From Nitrosopumilus sp. (GTDB lineage: Archaea; Thermoproteota; Nitrososphaeria; Nitrososphaerales; Nitrosopumilaceae): a stretch of DNA of 64,000 nt. The stretch is taken from contig CBDBCE010000004.1 in NCBI GenBank assembly GCA_965203315.1, positions 256,001 through 320,000 on the forward strand. The letters are read 5' to 3'. Shown one piece after another: positions 41,898-52,242 of the stretch (position 1 is its first letter; every line of letters begins with the position of its first letter). Below the pieces are notes generated by a model, which saw only the letters and a list, made by a program, of their open reading frames with translations, was not told the origin of the DNA and searched no databases. A program made the translations under genes and the position numbers.

Positions 41898-44411
41898 ATG
41901 CAATTATCAGCGTTTGTGTTATTATTTAGTCTAGCATTACTCATTCCTGTCAATATCGGTATCTCTCAAACGGTAAACGAAGAATCTGATTCACTAGATG
42001 TGTCTGATATTACTCCCAACAATAACACAATTGGTCCACTTGCGACAGTAAACGAGTTGTATGCAGCTCAGAGCAAAGTAACAGAGAGAATGATCGACAA
42101 CTCTGAAGCAATAAAACATACAGGATACGGTGATGAAGAGTTATATCTAGAAGCTGTCTATGTAGATGAACAAAAACAGACTCTTGTTATTTGGTTAGAG
42201 CCAATTCATACATTTGATCCAGTTGATACTGACGATCTACAAGAAGAGTTAGGATTGGGAATTATACCTGTAGAGATAATATATGGATATTACATATCCG
42301 AAGCATTACCTTCTCAGGCTACCTCGTGCCCTGGATCTCCAACATCCTTGGCGTGTTACTATTGGTCTAGATACGTACAACAATGTCTTCCAACTCACAC
42401 TCATACTAGCTGCAGTCTCTATGGACAAATCATCACCGTTTCTGGATATTCACTTCCAACATTATTGAACTCTAGACCTGTAGATACTGATCGAGATGGC
42501 ATATACGATAATGTTGATCAATGCCCGACTCGAGCCGAGAACAAAAATGGTTATCAAGATTCTGATGGATGTCCAGATACACCTCCAGCATCATCTACAT
42601 CACGTTCAGGAGTAATATTTCAAGACAACTTTGAGAACGGACTAGGCAAATGGACTGTAAGCGGACAACGAGAATGGCAGACAGGAACATTGGACGAGAG
42701 TGCTGTTATCTCTGGATACACTACAAGCAACAAAGTAGCAGAAGCAGATGACTGTGACGATCAAGCATGCATACTATCTATGAGATCATCAATTGATCTA
42801 TCTAGATACTCTAGTGCAAAATTAGAGTTTGATAGATTCGTAGACACCTCATTAGACGCTGGAGAGTATCTGGCAGTCCAAGTAGGAAATAATGGTGCAT
42901 ATACTCAAGTTTTAAGATGGACACACGGTAGTGGCGATGACGACAGATGGCACCACGAGACAGTAGATCTGGGTAGCTATCTTCGCTCAGGATTTAATGT
43001 ACGATTTGTAACGGAACAAAGTTCCAGTCTTGAAGACGTTGCAATAGATAATGTAAAGATCACAGCATCATCTACATCATCACCACAGTGTACACTACGA
43101 GTATCTGCTGCACTACAGAGTGATGGCTCTATTCGTACCACTTGGAATTCATGTAGTGGAGTACAACAGTACAAGGTGTATGCAAGTGAGAATGGTGGCT
43201 CCAACACATACAAAGGCGCCACAACAAGTACTAGTTTTACATTCTCTAACCCCACAGAAGGAAAGAGCTATGTAATGTCGGTTAGAGCACAAAAGAGTGA
43301 CAATACTTACACAGAATACTTTACAAGCAATACAATTAATGTGCCTGTACCTGACAGAACGCCACCAGTAATCATAACACCAGGTACCGCATCATACACA
43401 ACTACCAACTCCACCGGCGGAATAGTATACTATCCGATAACTGCTACAGATACTAATGATGGTACTGTTGATGTATCGTGTAATCCTAAACCAGGCACAA
43501 AGTTTCCTGTAGGCAGTACTAGAGTCACATGTAGTGCAACAGACAAATCTGGAAACACCGCAACTGCAAGATTTACCATAACTCTGGCGTATTCCAAAAT
43601 ATGTACTTCTGACACTATTCGAGAATCTGGATCGCAATGTCTCCTCGATTATACCACAACTACGTTTAATCAGACATACATTTATGGTGGACAATTGGTT
43701 ATTGTACACTACGAAGAATTAATCGATGGCAAACGCGAGGGCAACACCGTTATGGCCACAGCAACTATTGGTGCTGAACTTTTAGACGGCACACAGGTAT
43801 TGGTCGGAGTTGGACATATGGTTGAGCAAGCAAATCCTGCACCCGATACGAAAACCAAATTGAAAATTCATGTTAATCAAAGTGATATCGAAATTACCAA
43901 TCCAGGACTTAGAAATATAGGCTTTTCTCCAAGCACTATTCATCGTGCAGATGCAATATATGTAAAGTTGTTAGACGGATTTGAAGCTAAAAAGGATCAA
44001 GTAATCACTAAAAATGGTACTATAGTAAACATTATTGGTAAAGGCGGATTGTACAATTATGGACAATATCCGATTGTTGACATTTTAGGTTCGCAAACAA
44101 ATTCCCAGGGTAGCGTATCTTATGTAAACGTGACTACTCGCGATCCATATGGAATATTAATAGAACATGCAATCGCTACATACAATTCGGTTTATGGTGA
44201 TAGTGGCGCGCCTATAATCCATTATCATCAAAATGGAACTGCAAATCTATTTGGACAACACGTGGGCAAATTATGTGCCTTTAGTTTTGGGGATGATCCA
44301 CATCATACAAAATATCAGGCTCCACATGACTCATACTGTGATCGACAACATTTAAACATGAATGTGTTCACCCCATGGGAAAACGTCGATTTCTTTCTTG
44401 GTTTAAAATGA
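41898..44411 (+). CDS. Secreted multidomain trypsin-like (S1) serine protease
   Basis: Signal peptide, prodomain-like segment, TSP3-like DTDRDGIYDNVDQCP, beta-sandwich, FN3-like and HYR (DRTPPVI..FPVGSTRVTCSATD) modules. Triad candidates GVGH, RADA, GDSGAP. Confidence 0.8.
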   Translation: MQLSAFVLLFSLALLIPVNIGISQTVNEESDSLDVSDITPNNNTIGPLATVNELYAAQSKVTERMIDNSEAIKHTGYGDEELYLEAVYVDEQKQTLVIWLEPIHTFDPVDTDDLQEELGLGIIPVEIIYGYYISEALPSQATSCPGSPTSLACYYWSRYVQQCLPTHTHTSCSLYGQIITVSGYSLPTLLNSRPVDTDRDGIYDNVDQCPTRAENKNGYQDSDGCPDTPPASSTSRSGVIFQDNFENGLGKWTVSGQREWQTGTLDESAVISGYTTSNKVAEADDCDDQACILSMRSSIDLSRYSSAKLEFDRFVDTSLDAGEYLAVQVGNNGAYTQVLRWTHGSGDDDRWHHETVDLGSYLRSGFNVRFVTEQSSSLEDVAIDNVKITASSTSSPQCTLRVSAALQSDGSIRTTWNSCSGVQQYKVYASENGGSNTYKGATTSTSFTFSNPTEGKSYVMSVRAQKSDNTYTEYFTSNTINVPVPDRTPPVIITPGTASYTTTNSTGGIVYYPITATDTNDGTVDVSCNPKPGTKFPVGSTRVTCSATDKSGNTATARFTITLAYSKICTSDTIRESGSQCLLDYTTTTFNQTYIYGGQLVIVHYEELIDGKREGNTVMATATIGAELLDGTQVLVGVGHMVEQANPAPDTKTKLKIHVNQSDIEITNPGLRNIGFSPSTIHRADAIYVKLLDGFEAKKDQVITKNGTIVNIIGKGGLYNYGQYPIVDILGSQTNSQGSVSYVNVTTRDPYGILIEHAIATYNSVYGDSGAPIIHYHQNGTANLFGQHVGKLCAFSFGDDPHHTKYQAPHDSYCDRQHLNMNVFTPWENVDFFLGLK

Positions 44412-44779
44412 ATAGGCCAGAATCCACTGTTTTTCTTATTCCTTTAACTTGTCTTGCACTATTAATATTGTTCTTTCCATTTCATGTAGTAAATTGGGCA
44501 TTTACTGATAAGACAGATTATGAGTGTATTTCTAGATGTGTGATCAAGTATAGTTGGAGAATGGAGTTTGTTTACACTAATCTATTCTTTGATAGAGTAT
44601 TATGTGTCGAATTGTGGGACAAAGAAGGAGATACTCCGCCTGGTGTACCAAACTATGGAGATAATATTGAGGATCAGAATGGTGTGGACAATAATCGCGT
44701 TGGTTTATTTCATCGGCACAATCAACACTATCCTTCATGCCCCTTCAAACTTGACATAACGTCACATGATCAAACATGA
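44375..44779 (+). CDS. Small membrane-anchored Cys-containing protein
   Basis: One TM segment; likely start ATG 44408 overlapping the protease stop. Confidence 0.55.
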   Translation: MGKRRFLSWFKMNRPESTVFLIPLTCLALLILFFPFHVVNWAFTDKTDYECISRCVIKYSWRMEFVYTNLFFDRVLCVELWDKEGDTPPGVPNYGDNIEDQNGVDNNRVGLFHRHNQHYPSCPFKLDITSHDQT

Positions 44780-45161
44780 ATACGAATTTCCCGCATAATG
44801 ATCAGATTAACAACGTTTTGTTGTATCTCAAATCAGATATAACGTGAGGTTGTCCGATGAATATCTCATAAAATCTATGCATTTTATGATCTTTTAAACA
44901 AAATACAACAAATTAACTCCATTTGCTATTAATTTTCGGCGATTAGGCATCCATTGCTCCCAAATGACCATTGAACTACGTACGAATTTAATGTTCGAAA
45001 TCAGTCAAAAAATGAAGAGATACATCAGAAACTGATTGAAAGTCAATCGATTCTATCTCAATATGCTCGAATTTCGTATCTGTTTTACCATGTTATCGAT
45101 CAGCAGGTTTGGTGGCTTGATATCACTAATCGCCAAAGTTATTTACGTTGACAGTTAATTT

Positions 45162-46472
45162 TTGGTAATGGGTTACTATAGTACTGCTATCGTCTCTACT
45201 GTACTGGTGTTGCTTGTTGTTGCTTACTATGCCTTCTTGCCTGATGAGATGCCTGCCCCAAAGTTATCAACTACGACCAATCAATCAGAAGTATGGGAGA
45301 GGCTAGGAGCATTACCTAGTACTGTTAAACCTAACTCTGGTCTTAGAGATGATATATCTATAGGCGTCCTCTTGCCTCTTACAGGAAGTCTTGCTGCACA
45401 TGGCGAAGAGAACTTGGAAGGAACTAGGCTTGGGACAAATGACTTTAACGAATATCTGGAGAGACACGGAGTACCATGGCGAATGAATCTAGTTGTAGAA
45501 AACACCGAGACAAATCCGGTGGTTGCTCTAGAAAAAACAGCTGCACTCAAAGCTAAAGGAATAGACATAATCATAGGTCCAGAATCTAGTAGTAGTCTTC
45601 GAAATATCAAAGGTTATGTTGATTCAAACCACATGATCTCAATCTCGTGTTGTTCTAGCGCTCCATCACTATCGATACCAAACGATCTCATCTTTAGGTT
45701 AGTTCCTGATGACAGCAATCAAAGTACTGCACTAGCACGACTGTTAGATCAGATTGGCATCAAAGTTATAGTTCCAATCTGGCGAGATGATCCGTGGGGT
45801 AATGGTTTAGGTAGTGCTACGGTATCCAAGTTTACTAGCTATGGTGGAATCTCAAACGAGCCTATTCACTACAATCCCGCAACTCCTGATTTTTCATCGT
45901 CATCTTCTCTCCTAGCAGATCATGTGAAGAGATATGTTGACGAGTACGGTGAAGACAAGGTCGCGATATTGACATTCTCGTTTTACGAAGTATTACAGCT
46001 TGTACAATCTGCATCAGAACATGATGTTCTAGATGATGTGAGATGGTTTGCGCCGGCATCGATTGCAAAGAATCATGATCTGGTGGACGATCCTATAGCA
46101 TCTAGGTTTACATCTAGTACCAATTTTACCGCGATAGCCATGGGCGTACCAGATAGTATCATCTCTGATCGCGTATACGATCACGTATTTAACACACTGG
46201 GACGTGCCCCTAGTTCCTTTGTCCAAACATCCTACGATGCTCCGTGGCTTGTTGGTCTGTCGATACTATTTGCACAGACTACTGATCCTGATGAGGTGGG
46301 ATACGTTCTTCCTGACGTTATGGCGTCACATGTTGGAGCTACCGGCAGTGGTACCTTCAATGATGCTGGAGATCGCGCTCAAGCAAACTATGATATCTGG
46401 GTAGTTCACAACGGTACCTGGAGTCGAGATGGTCAATACTTGTACGAGAGTGACACTGTAAATTTCTATTGA
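45162..46472 (+). CDS. livK: Branched-chain amino acid ABC substrate-binding protein
   Basis: IGVLLPLTG, ENTETNPV, SAPSLS, YDAPW; paralogue of 38704. Confidence 0.85.
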   Translation: MVMGYYSTAIVSTVLVLLVVAYYAFLPDEMPAPKLSTTTNQSEVWERLGALPSTVKPNSGLRDDISIGVLLPLTGSLAAHGEENLEGTRLGTNDFNEYLERHGVPWRMNLVVENTETNPVVALEKTAALKAKGIDIIIGPESSSSLRNIKGYVDSNHMISISCCSSAPSLSIPNDLIFRLVPDDSNQSTALARLLDQIGIKVIVPIWRDDPWGNGLGSATVSKFTSYGGISNEPIHYNPATPDFSSSSSLLADHVKRYVDEYGEDKVAILTFSFYEVLQLVQSASEHDVLDDVRWFAPASIAKNHDLVDDPIASRFTSSTNFTAIAMGVPDSIISDRVYDHVFNTLGRAPSSFVQTSYDAPWLVGLSILFAQTTDPDEVGYVLPDVMASHVGATGSGTFNDAGDRAQANYDIWVVHNGTWSRDGQYLYESDTVNFY

Positions 46473-46474
46473 GT

Positions 46475-47179
46475 CTAGTTCAATCCTAGATACATCTTTC
46501 CTAATGCCTTTCGTTGTAACAGCTCTTCTGGTTTGCCTTCAAATATGTTCTTTCCATTTGCCAACAAGTACACTTTATCGGCAATAGTTAGAGCACGTTG
46601 TATATTCTGTTCTACTAGGATGACTGTTATTCCAAAATCGTCTCGCATCTCTCGCACTTTGTCTAGTACTTCATTTGCAAGTTTTGGAGACAAGCTAGCT
46701 GTAGGTTCATCAAATAGCATGATCTCTGGTTTTCTGATCAACGCCATCCCCATCCCTAACATCTGACGCTGTCCACCTGACATCGTCTCGGCTTTTGCAT
46801 GTTCAAACTTTCTAAGTATGGGGAATATCTCATATATCTCTGGCATTCTGTCTCTGGTAGTCTTTCTGTCTAGTGTATATCCTGCCATGATCAAATTCTC
46901 TTTTATTGTGAGATTTGTAAATACATTCTTTACTTGAGACATGTACGCGATGCTCTTTGCGACTTGATGTGGTTGTAAATTTGTGATGTTGGTGTCTTTG
47001 TACAATATCTGTCCCGAATATACTGTAGTTAACCCGAATATACTCTTCAGTAATGTACTCTTGCCTGAACCATTTGGTCCAATGATTGCCGTGATCTCGT
47101 TCTTTTTTGCATCAAAGTTTACGCCAAATATTATCTTGCTTTTATTGTATCCGGCATGAATTCCTCTAATCTCAATCAT
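46475..47179 (-). CDS. livF: Branched-chain amino acid ABC ATPase
   Basis: GPNGSGKST, MSGGQRQML, DEPTASLSP, LVEQN. Confidence 0.9.
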   Translation of the reverse strand: MIEIRGIHAGYNKSKIIFGVNFDAKKNEITAIIGPNGSGKSTLLKSIFGLTTVYSGQILYKDTNITNLQPHQVAKSIAYMSQVKNVFTNLTIKENLIMAGYTLDRKTTRDRMPEIYEIFPILRKFEHAKAETMSGGQRQMLGMGMALIRKPEIMLFDEPTASLSPKLANEVLDKVREMRDDFGITVILVEQNIQRALTIADKVYLLANGKNIFEGKPEELLQRKALGKMYLGLN

Positions 47180-47182
47180 TGT

Positions 47183-47935
47183 TTATTTACCTATGTATGA
47201 CTCGATGACTTTGGGATCCTTTAAAATCGCTTCTGAATCCCCTTCTGCAATTATTGTACCTCCATCCATCGCAAATACATGATGGGTATACTGGAGTGAT
47301 ATGTCTAGTCTGTGCTCTACTATTAGAAAAGTAATATTCTCTTTACTGCACATGTCTGCTATCTGTTCAAATATCTCATGAGCGAGAGTAGGGTTTACAC
47401 CTGCTATTGGTTCGTCCATGAGGATGAGTTTCACGTTGGTCATTATGGCCCGACCCAACTCTAACAACTTTTGTTGTCCGCCACTCAAACCCTTACTTTG
47501 TATTCCTTGTTTTTTAATCAAATTTATCATTGTTAATACGTTGGTAGAACTGATATTGTTTGATGACTCTTCCCCACTCCATCTTGTCGGTAACATCACT
47601 GTGCCGAACGACTCACCCTTGGCATTCTTTGATACCATCATGTTCTCTCTTGTGGTGAGTTCGATAAATGGTTGAGGGATTTGCCATGTTCTGACTAGCC
47701 CTGCCATGAACGTCTTGTACGGATCTGTGTTCGTAATGTCAGTATCTTTGAACATGATCTTGCCACTATTTGGTTTATACATTCCAGCTATGGTGTTGAT
47801 CAGTGTAGTCTTGCCAGATCCATTAGGACCGATCAACTGATAAATTTTGCCTTCCTCTAACTCTAACGAACAACCCTTTAGTACTGTATTTCCGCCAAAT
47901 CGCTTCACAACATCTTGTACTCTTAAAATTATCAC
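47183..47935 (-). CDS. livG: Branched-chain amino acid ABC ATPase
   Basis: KRFGG, GPNGSGKTT, LSGGQQKLLE, DEPIAGVNP, VEH, VIESY.G. Confidence 0.9.
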   Translation of the reverse strand: MIILRVQDVVKRFGGNTVLKGCSLELEEGKIYQLIGPNGSGKTTLINTIAGMYKPNSGKIMFKDTDITNTDPYKTFMAGLVRTWQIPQPFIELTTRENMMVSKNAKGESFGTVMLPTRWSGEESSNNISSTNVLTMINLIKKQGIQSKGLSGGQQKLLELGRAIMTNVKLILMDEPIAGVNPTLAHEIFEQIADMCSKENITFLIVEHRLDISLQYTHHVFAMDGGTIIAEGDSEAILKDPKVIESYIGK

Positions 47936-47988
47936 GATCTCTTGTGATTATAAAAATTAATTAAGTCTTACTATGGGTTCAAGTTAGT

Positions 47989-48912
47989 GTGGCGCTAGAC
48001 CCAATAATCTCTGATGCAATAATCTTTGCTAGTCTCTTATCTCTTTTAGCAATAGGTCTAACATTGACCTATCTTACAACGCGGATACCAAACTTTGCAC
48101 ATGGGTCATTTGCAGCCATTGGCGTATATGTCTCTCTTACAGTAACACGCGTATGGGAAGTATCTCCATATGTTGCATTGCCTATCGCATTTGTAATCTC
48201 TGGACTAGTTGCAGTAGCACTTTACCAGTTTGTCTTAAAGCCTCTCATTCAGAAACGCGCAACATATGCAATTCAAATGATTGCGACTCTGGCATATGAC
48301 TTGATCATAATCGCAGTTCTTAACATCTTTGCTGATCTGTTGACTAGATCATATCATGTACCTGCACGCGAATTTTCGTTACGTAGTTATGACGGTACCT
48401 TTATGGGACTACCTCTGGTGGTTGTAGTTGCGCCCGTTGCGATAACACTCTTGATTCTAGTCTTACATCTTGCACTAAAGAAGACCAAGTTTGGTATTGC
48501 GATGAAGGCATCAACCGTAAATCCAGATCTCGCAGAGACTGTTGGTGTAAATGTGAACCTAGTATATTTGGTATCCTGGATGGTGGCAGGCGGACTAGCT
48601 GGTATTGCAGGCGTAATGATATCTCTGTGGTTCTTGGGTGATCCTGGAATGGGCACATTTATCTTGACGAGTGTATTTGCTGCGTCTATCGTTGGTGGCT
48701 TTCTCAATCTTTATGGTGCAGTTATAGGCGCAGTCTTGGTTGGTATGACTGAGATTCTTGGAACTAGATTTTTAGCAGGCGAGATTGGTTCATGGGTGAT
48801 CTCGTATAGACCATTGATTCCACTGATCTTTATAGTCGTCACTCTGTTCTTTGCGCCCAAGGGTCTTGCTGGATTGGATTGGAGTAGGATAAGGAGATAT
48901 GTTCGGCTCTGA
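47989..48912 (+). CDS. livH: Branched-chain amino acid ABC permease
   Basis: AIGLTL..NFAHG, TKFGIAMKA, PKGL. Confidence 0.9.
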   Translation: MALDPIISDAIIFASLLSLLAIGLTLTYLTTRIPNFAHGSFAAIGVYVSLTVTRVWEVSPYVALPIAFVISGLVAVALYQFVLKPLIQKRATYAIQMIATLAYDLIIIAVLNIFADLLTRSYHVPAREFSLRSYDGTFMGLPLVVVVAPVAITLLILVLHLALKKTKFGIAMKASTVNPDLAETVGVNVNLVYLVSWMVAGGLAGIAGVMISLWFLGDPGMGTFILTSVFAASIVGGFLNLYGAVIGAVLVGMTEILGTRFLAGEIGSWVISYRPLIPLIFIVVTLFFAPKGLAGLDWSRIRRYVRL

Positions 48913-49951
48913 GTTTATCTTTTTTATTGATCTGCTTGCGATATTTGCAGTCTATCTTATTGTTAATCTATCGTTGAATCTGGAGTTTGGTTATGCTGGA
49001 ATTCCCAACTTTGGTAAAGTTTTAGCAGTTGGTGCTGGTGCATTCGTCGCTGCGTCTGTACCTGGACGAATATTTGCTAGTCTCGCAGGGATCGAAGGTG
49101 ACTATATCGAAGAGAATCTGTTGATCGTATCCCAGATCAATGTATGGCTTGTAGATAATGTTGGAATCGGCTTTGCTGTATTCTTTTTAACTCTTGGAGT
49201 TGCAGCTCTTGTTGGTGGCGGAATTGGAATTCTCACATCATATCCTGTAGTTAGATTACGTGGCGACTATCTCGCGATGACGCTCTTGGCATTTGGTGAG
49301 AGCATTAGAATAATTGGAAACAACTTTTCTCCTATTGCGGGTGGCACTCTGGGCGTTCAAGTTCCTGATCCGTTGTCATTTCTACCTGATGAACTACGTT
49401 TTCCAGTATCGACTCTGGGCCTAGTTCTGATCGCATTCTTTGTATTTTTGTATAGTGAAAAGTTGGTTCGTTCTCCTCTTGGAAGAACACTGCGAGCTAT
49501 ACGCGATAATGACGTCGCTGCAGCCACGCTTGGCAAGCACATCAACCATATGCGTATCAAAGTTATCATGGTATCTGCTGGGCTTGCAGCAATCGGAGGT
49601 GCACTGTATTCGTTCTATGTGGCTGGAACCATTGCATTTGCCTATGACAGTATTAGCTGGACGTATTGGCCGTTCTTGATGATCTTGATAGGCGGATTAG
49701 CTAATAATCGTGGCGTACTGGCAGGAACACTAATCTTTGTCTTGATTCGTAAACTCATCATATACTTTAAAGACTCGTTTGAAGACTTTGTTCCATTTGA
49801 TGTAGTCTGGCTTGACTTTTTGCTCTTGGGTTCGATCCTACTCTTGATACTCTTGTATCGTCCTCAAGGGATATTCGTCGAAAAGCCCACTCCTTCGATA
49901 CCTGAAAATGTAGGCAAGTTTAGAAAGTTTGTACACATCTTCTTTAGATGA
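48899..49951 (+). CDS. livM: Branched-chain amino acid ABC permease
   Basis: SLNLEFGYAG, RLRGDYLAM.TLAFGE, SPLGRTLRAIRDN, RPQGI. Confidence 0.9.
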   Translation: MFGSEFIFFIDLLAIFAVYLIVNLSLNLEFGYAGIPNFGKVLAVGAGAFVAASVPGRIFASLAGIEGDYIEENLLIVSQINVWLVDNVGIGFAVFFLTLGVAALVGGGIGILTSYPVVRLRGDYLAMTLLAFGESIRIIGNNFSPIAGGTLGVQVPDPLSFLPDELRFPVSTLGLVLIAFFVFLYSEKLVRSPLGRTLRAIRDNDVAAATLGKHINHMRIKVIMVSAGLAAIGGALYSFYVAGTIAFAYDSISWTYWPFLMILIGGLANNRGVLAGTLIFVLIRKLIIYFKDSFEDFVPFDVVWLDFLLLGSILLLILLYRPQGIFVEKPTPSIPENVGKFRKFVHIFFR

Positions 49952-50075
49952 TGATTGTTGTACAGAATTGTGATCTAGAGATCTGCATTGTCCTTGATAT
50001 TTTGGACATTTCATGTAAGACACATTTTATGTTGACACAACATGTTTTTATTGCATAACAAACAAAGTAAACATT

Positions 50076-50690
50076 ATGGCAATAGATACTACAACACTAG
50101 AGATTAGTGAGCTTGAAAAGTATATTATTCTACTTGTATATGTTGGCGACGAGCCAATATACGGTAGACAGAAACTACAGCTATTGATGTACATGTTGGG
50201 TGACTCATATTCAGAGATACACGATTGGTGTAACTATGCAATAAGAGACGATGGTCCATACAGCGCAGTTTTAGATAATGCTTTGGAGCGTCTAGTACAA
50301 ATGGAACTAGTACAAGAAAAAGACGACACCATTCAATTAACCGATCAAAGCATAGAGTATGCTAGAGTCATTGGAGAAGAGAAAGGTGGATTTCCGGAAA
50401 TTCAAGATATGTTTAACCGAACGATGACATGGGTGTTTGGTAATCATAAAAGAATGCTTAACGATGTAACGCTCCCAGAGATGTTGTCGTATATGTACTG
50501 TGATTATCCAGATATGGCCAAAGGTTCAGCAACTTATAAAAAACTCAAGCCAGATATCAAGGAAAATATAATTTCCATGTACACAAAGGAAAAGATGAGT
50601 TTTGGCAGAGCTGGGGAATTACTCGGAATGCACAAGCACGTAATAATGGATGAGTTGGCCAAGAGAGGATTACTTCGGTTTGGACATTGA
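50076..50690 (+). CDS. wHTH protein with C-terminal UPF0175-like antitoxin domain
   Basis: GRQKLQ..Y..GPYS (SocA/YwgA-like) and MSFGRAGELLGM..ELAKRG. Confidence 0.7.
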   Translation: MAIDTTTLEISELEKYIILLVYVGDEPIYGRQKLQLLMYMLGDSYSEIHDWCNYAIRDDGPYSAVLDNALERLVQMELVQEKDDTIQLTDQSIEYARVIGEEKGGFPEIQDMFNRTMTWVFGNHKRMLNDVTLPEMLSYMYCDYPDMAKGSATYKKLKPDIKENIISMYTKEKMSFGRAGELLGMHKHVIMDELAKRGLLRFGH

Positions 50691-50863
50691 AGATATTTGA
50701 CTCTTCGCCATTGATTGCGATATTTAATCAGTTCCGATACCAATGATCATTTGATTATATTCTGCAACTGAAACATAAAATAACAATGACAAATTTTGTA
50801 TGGGGCGAATTACAAGATGATAAGACACATCTAATTTCATTGATCCGATTCACAATCTGCTGA
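50687..50863 (+). pseudogene. PIN-domain (DUF3368/VapC-like) toxin pseudogene
   Basis: TTG overlaps the antitoxin stop: MKIFDSSPLIAIF..*..ITMTNFVWGEL. In-frame TGA at 50744-50746, then truncated. Confidence 0.7.
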
Positions 50864-50943
50864 TGTAGCACCAACTTTTTGTACTACGTAGCAATTTGGT
50901 ATCAAAAACAAGGCTTAATTACTATCCAATCTGGGTATAGTCT

Positions 50944-52125
50944 ATGAAGGTTCTAATCTTGAGTCTTACTGCAGTATCTATTATCATGTTGTTTGGGTTA
51001 GTAGACTATTCCAATGCACATAGTAATGGTAAAGGCTCATACGGAGATCCTCATTGGCATGATTTTGGTGAACATAAAGTAAAACATACTATTGACTGTG
51101 AATCTCAACAATGGATATTTGAAGGAATAGTAAATCGCAGTGTATCTAGTTATACAATGATCTTTATTACTAGTCATGGAAATATTTTGTATTACGAACC
51201 AATGAATTTTATAAATTCAACATATTTTCGTAACACAATAGACATATCAGGTAAAGAATGGCTTCTAGGATCTAAGTCGTATAAAGGAAAAATTCTTGAT
51301 GATAATTATGAGTTTAATTTTGCCGTTGCCAGTAATGATACATATCCTGCTAGTTTTGGTTCTAACATATACTTCATAAAATGCCCTACACTATATGACC
51401 TTAGAAATTCATACAAACTATTAGAAGACTATAAACAACAATACAATAATCTTAACAGTCAATACCAAGAACTATTGAATCAACCACAGAATCAACATCA
51501 GATTATAGAAACAAGAACTCCAAACGGAACACATGCAAACGGAACTATACATTATGATTATAATTACACTACAAAGACTGGTTATGAACTTGCCAATGAA
51601 CAGATAGATAAACTAGAAACCAAGAAAGATAACCTCAAAGACAAGAAAGACCAATGGAAAGAGAAATTTAAGCAATGCAAAGATGATAGAAAGGAACTTG
51701 AGTCTAGATACCAGCTACTAGAAACCAATCACAACACCACCTTAACTGAACTATCTGAATCTCAAAACAATCTGTATAGAGAACTGGAAATTGATACAAG
51801 ACAAGAACTATACAAACAAGAGTTAGAATTCACAGTATCTTATCTGGAAGCATGTATGAAAGGAAATATGACTGATTCTAAAATCATGTTAGATGATGGA
51901 AACTATGAAGTTGATTTAGAACGATATACTGACCTTTGCAGAACAACAACTAATCTATATGAACTGCAGGATAGGTATGATTATTTAGAAAGAATGTTTT
52001 GGAGACAGAACACCACATCTTCTGAACAACTACAAACCATATTTGAACAACAACTTACCATAGAGAAACTTACTCAAGAACTGAATGAAGCAAAGAAAAA
52101 GATTGAAGAGTTAGAATCACCATGA
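50944..52125 (+). CDS. Secreted coiled-coil protein
   Basis: Signal peptide, globular N-domain, long E/K/Q-rich heptad C-half. Confidence 0.7.
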   Translation: MKVLILSLTAVSIIMLFGLVDYSNAHSNGKGSYGDPHWHDFGEHKVKHTIDCESQQWIFEGIVNRSVSSYTMIFITSHGNILYYEPMNFINSTYFRNTIDISGKEWLLGSKSYKGKILDDNYEFNFAVASNDTYPASFGSNIYFIKCPTLYDLRNSYKLLEDYKQQYNNLNSQYQELLNQPQNQHQIIETRTPNGTHANGTIHYDYNYTTKTGYELANEQIDKLETKKDNLKDKKDQWKEKFKQCKDDRKELESRYQLLETNHNTTLTELSESQNNLYRELEIDTRQELYKQELEFTVSYLEACMKGNMTDSKIMLDDGNYEVDLERYTDLCRTTTNLYELQDRYDYLERMFWRQNTTSSEQLQTIFEQQLTIEKLTQELNEAKKKIEELESP

Positions 52126-52222
52126 CTAGGAAGACTAATCTAGATCACTCAACAGAACTGGATGGTACTAGAACTAGAATGATGGATGCCATTCTTAGCT
52201 ATTTTAACTCGAAACTTTTCCT

Positions 52223-52233
52223 GGGGGGGGGGG
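52223..52233 (+). repeat. G11 homopolymer upstream of mod
   Basis: G11 ends 9 nt before TTG 52243. Confidence 0.9.
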
Positions 52234-52242
52234 CGATTCTAA

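Noticed and set aside
31997-50746. Selenocysteine or recoded TGA in two genes with in-frame TGA
   Set aside because: TGA is a normal stop for many genes here, neither position is a Cys-type site, and the PIN frame is truncated anyway.
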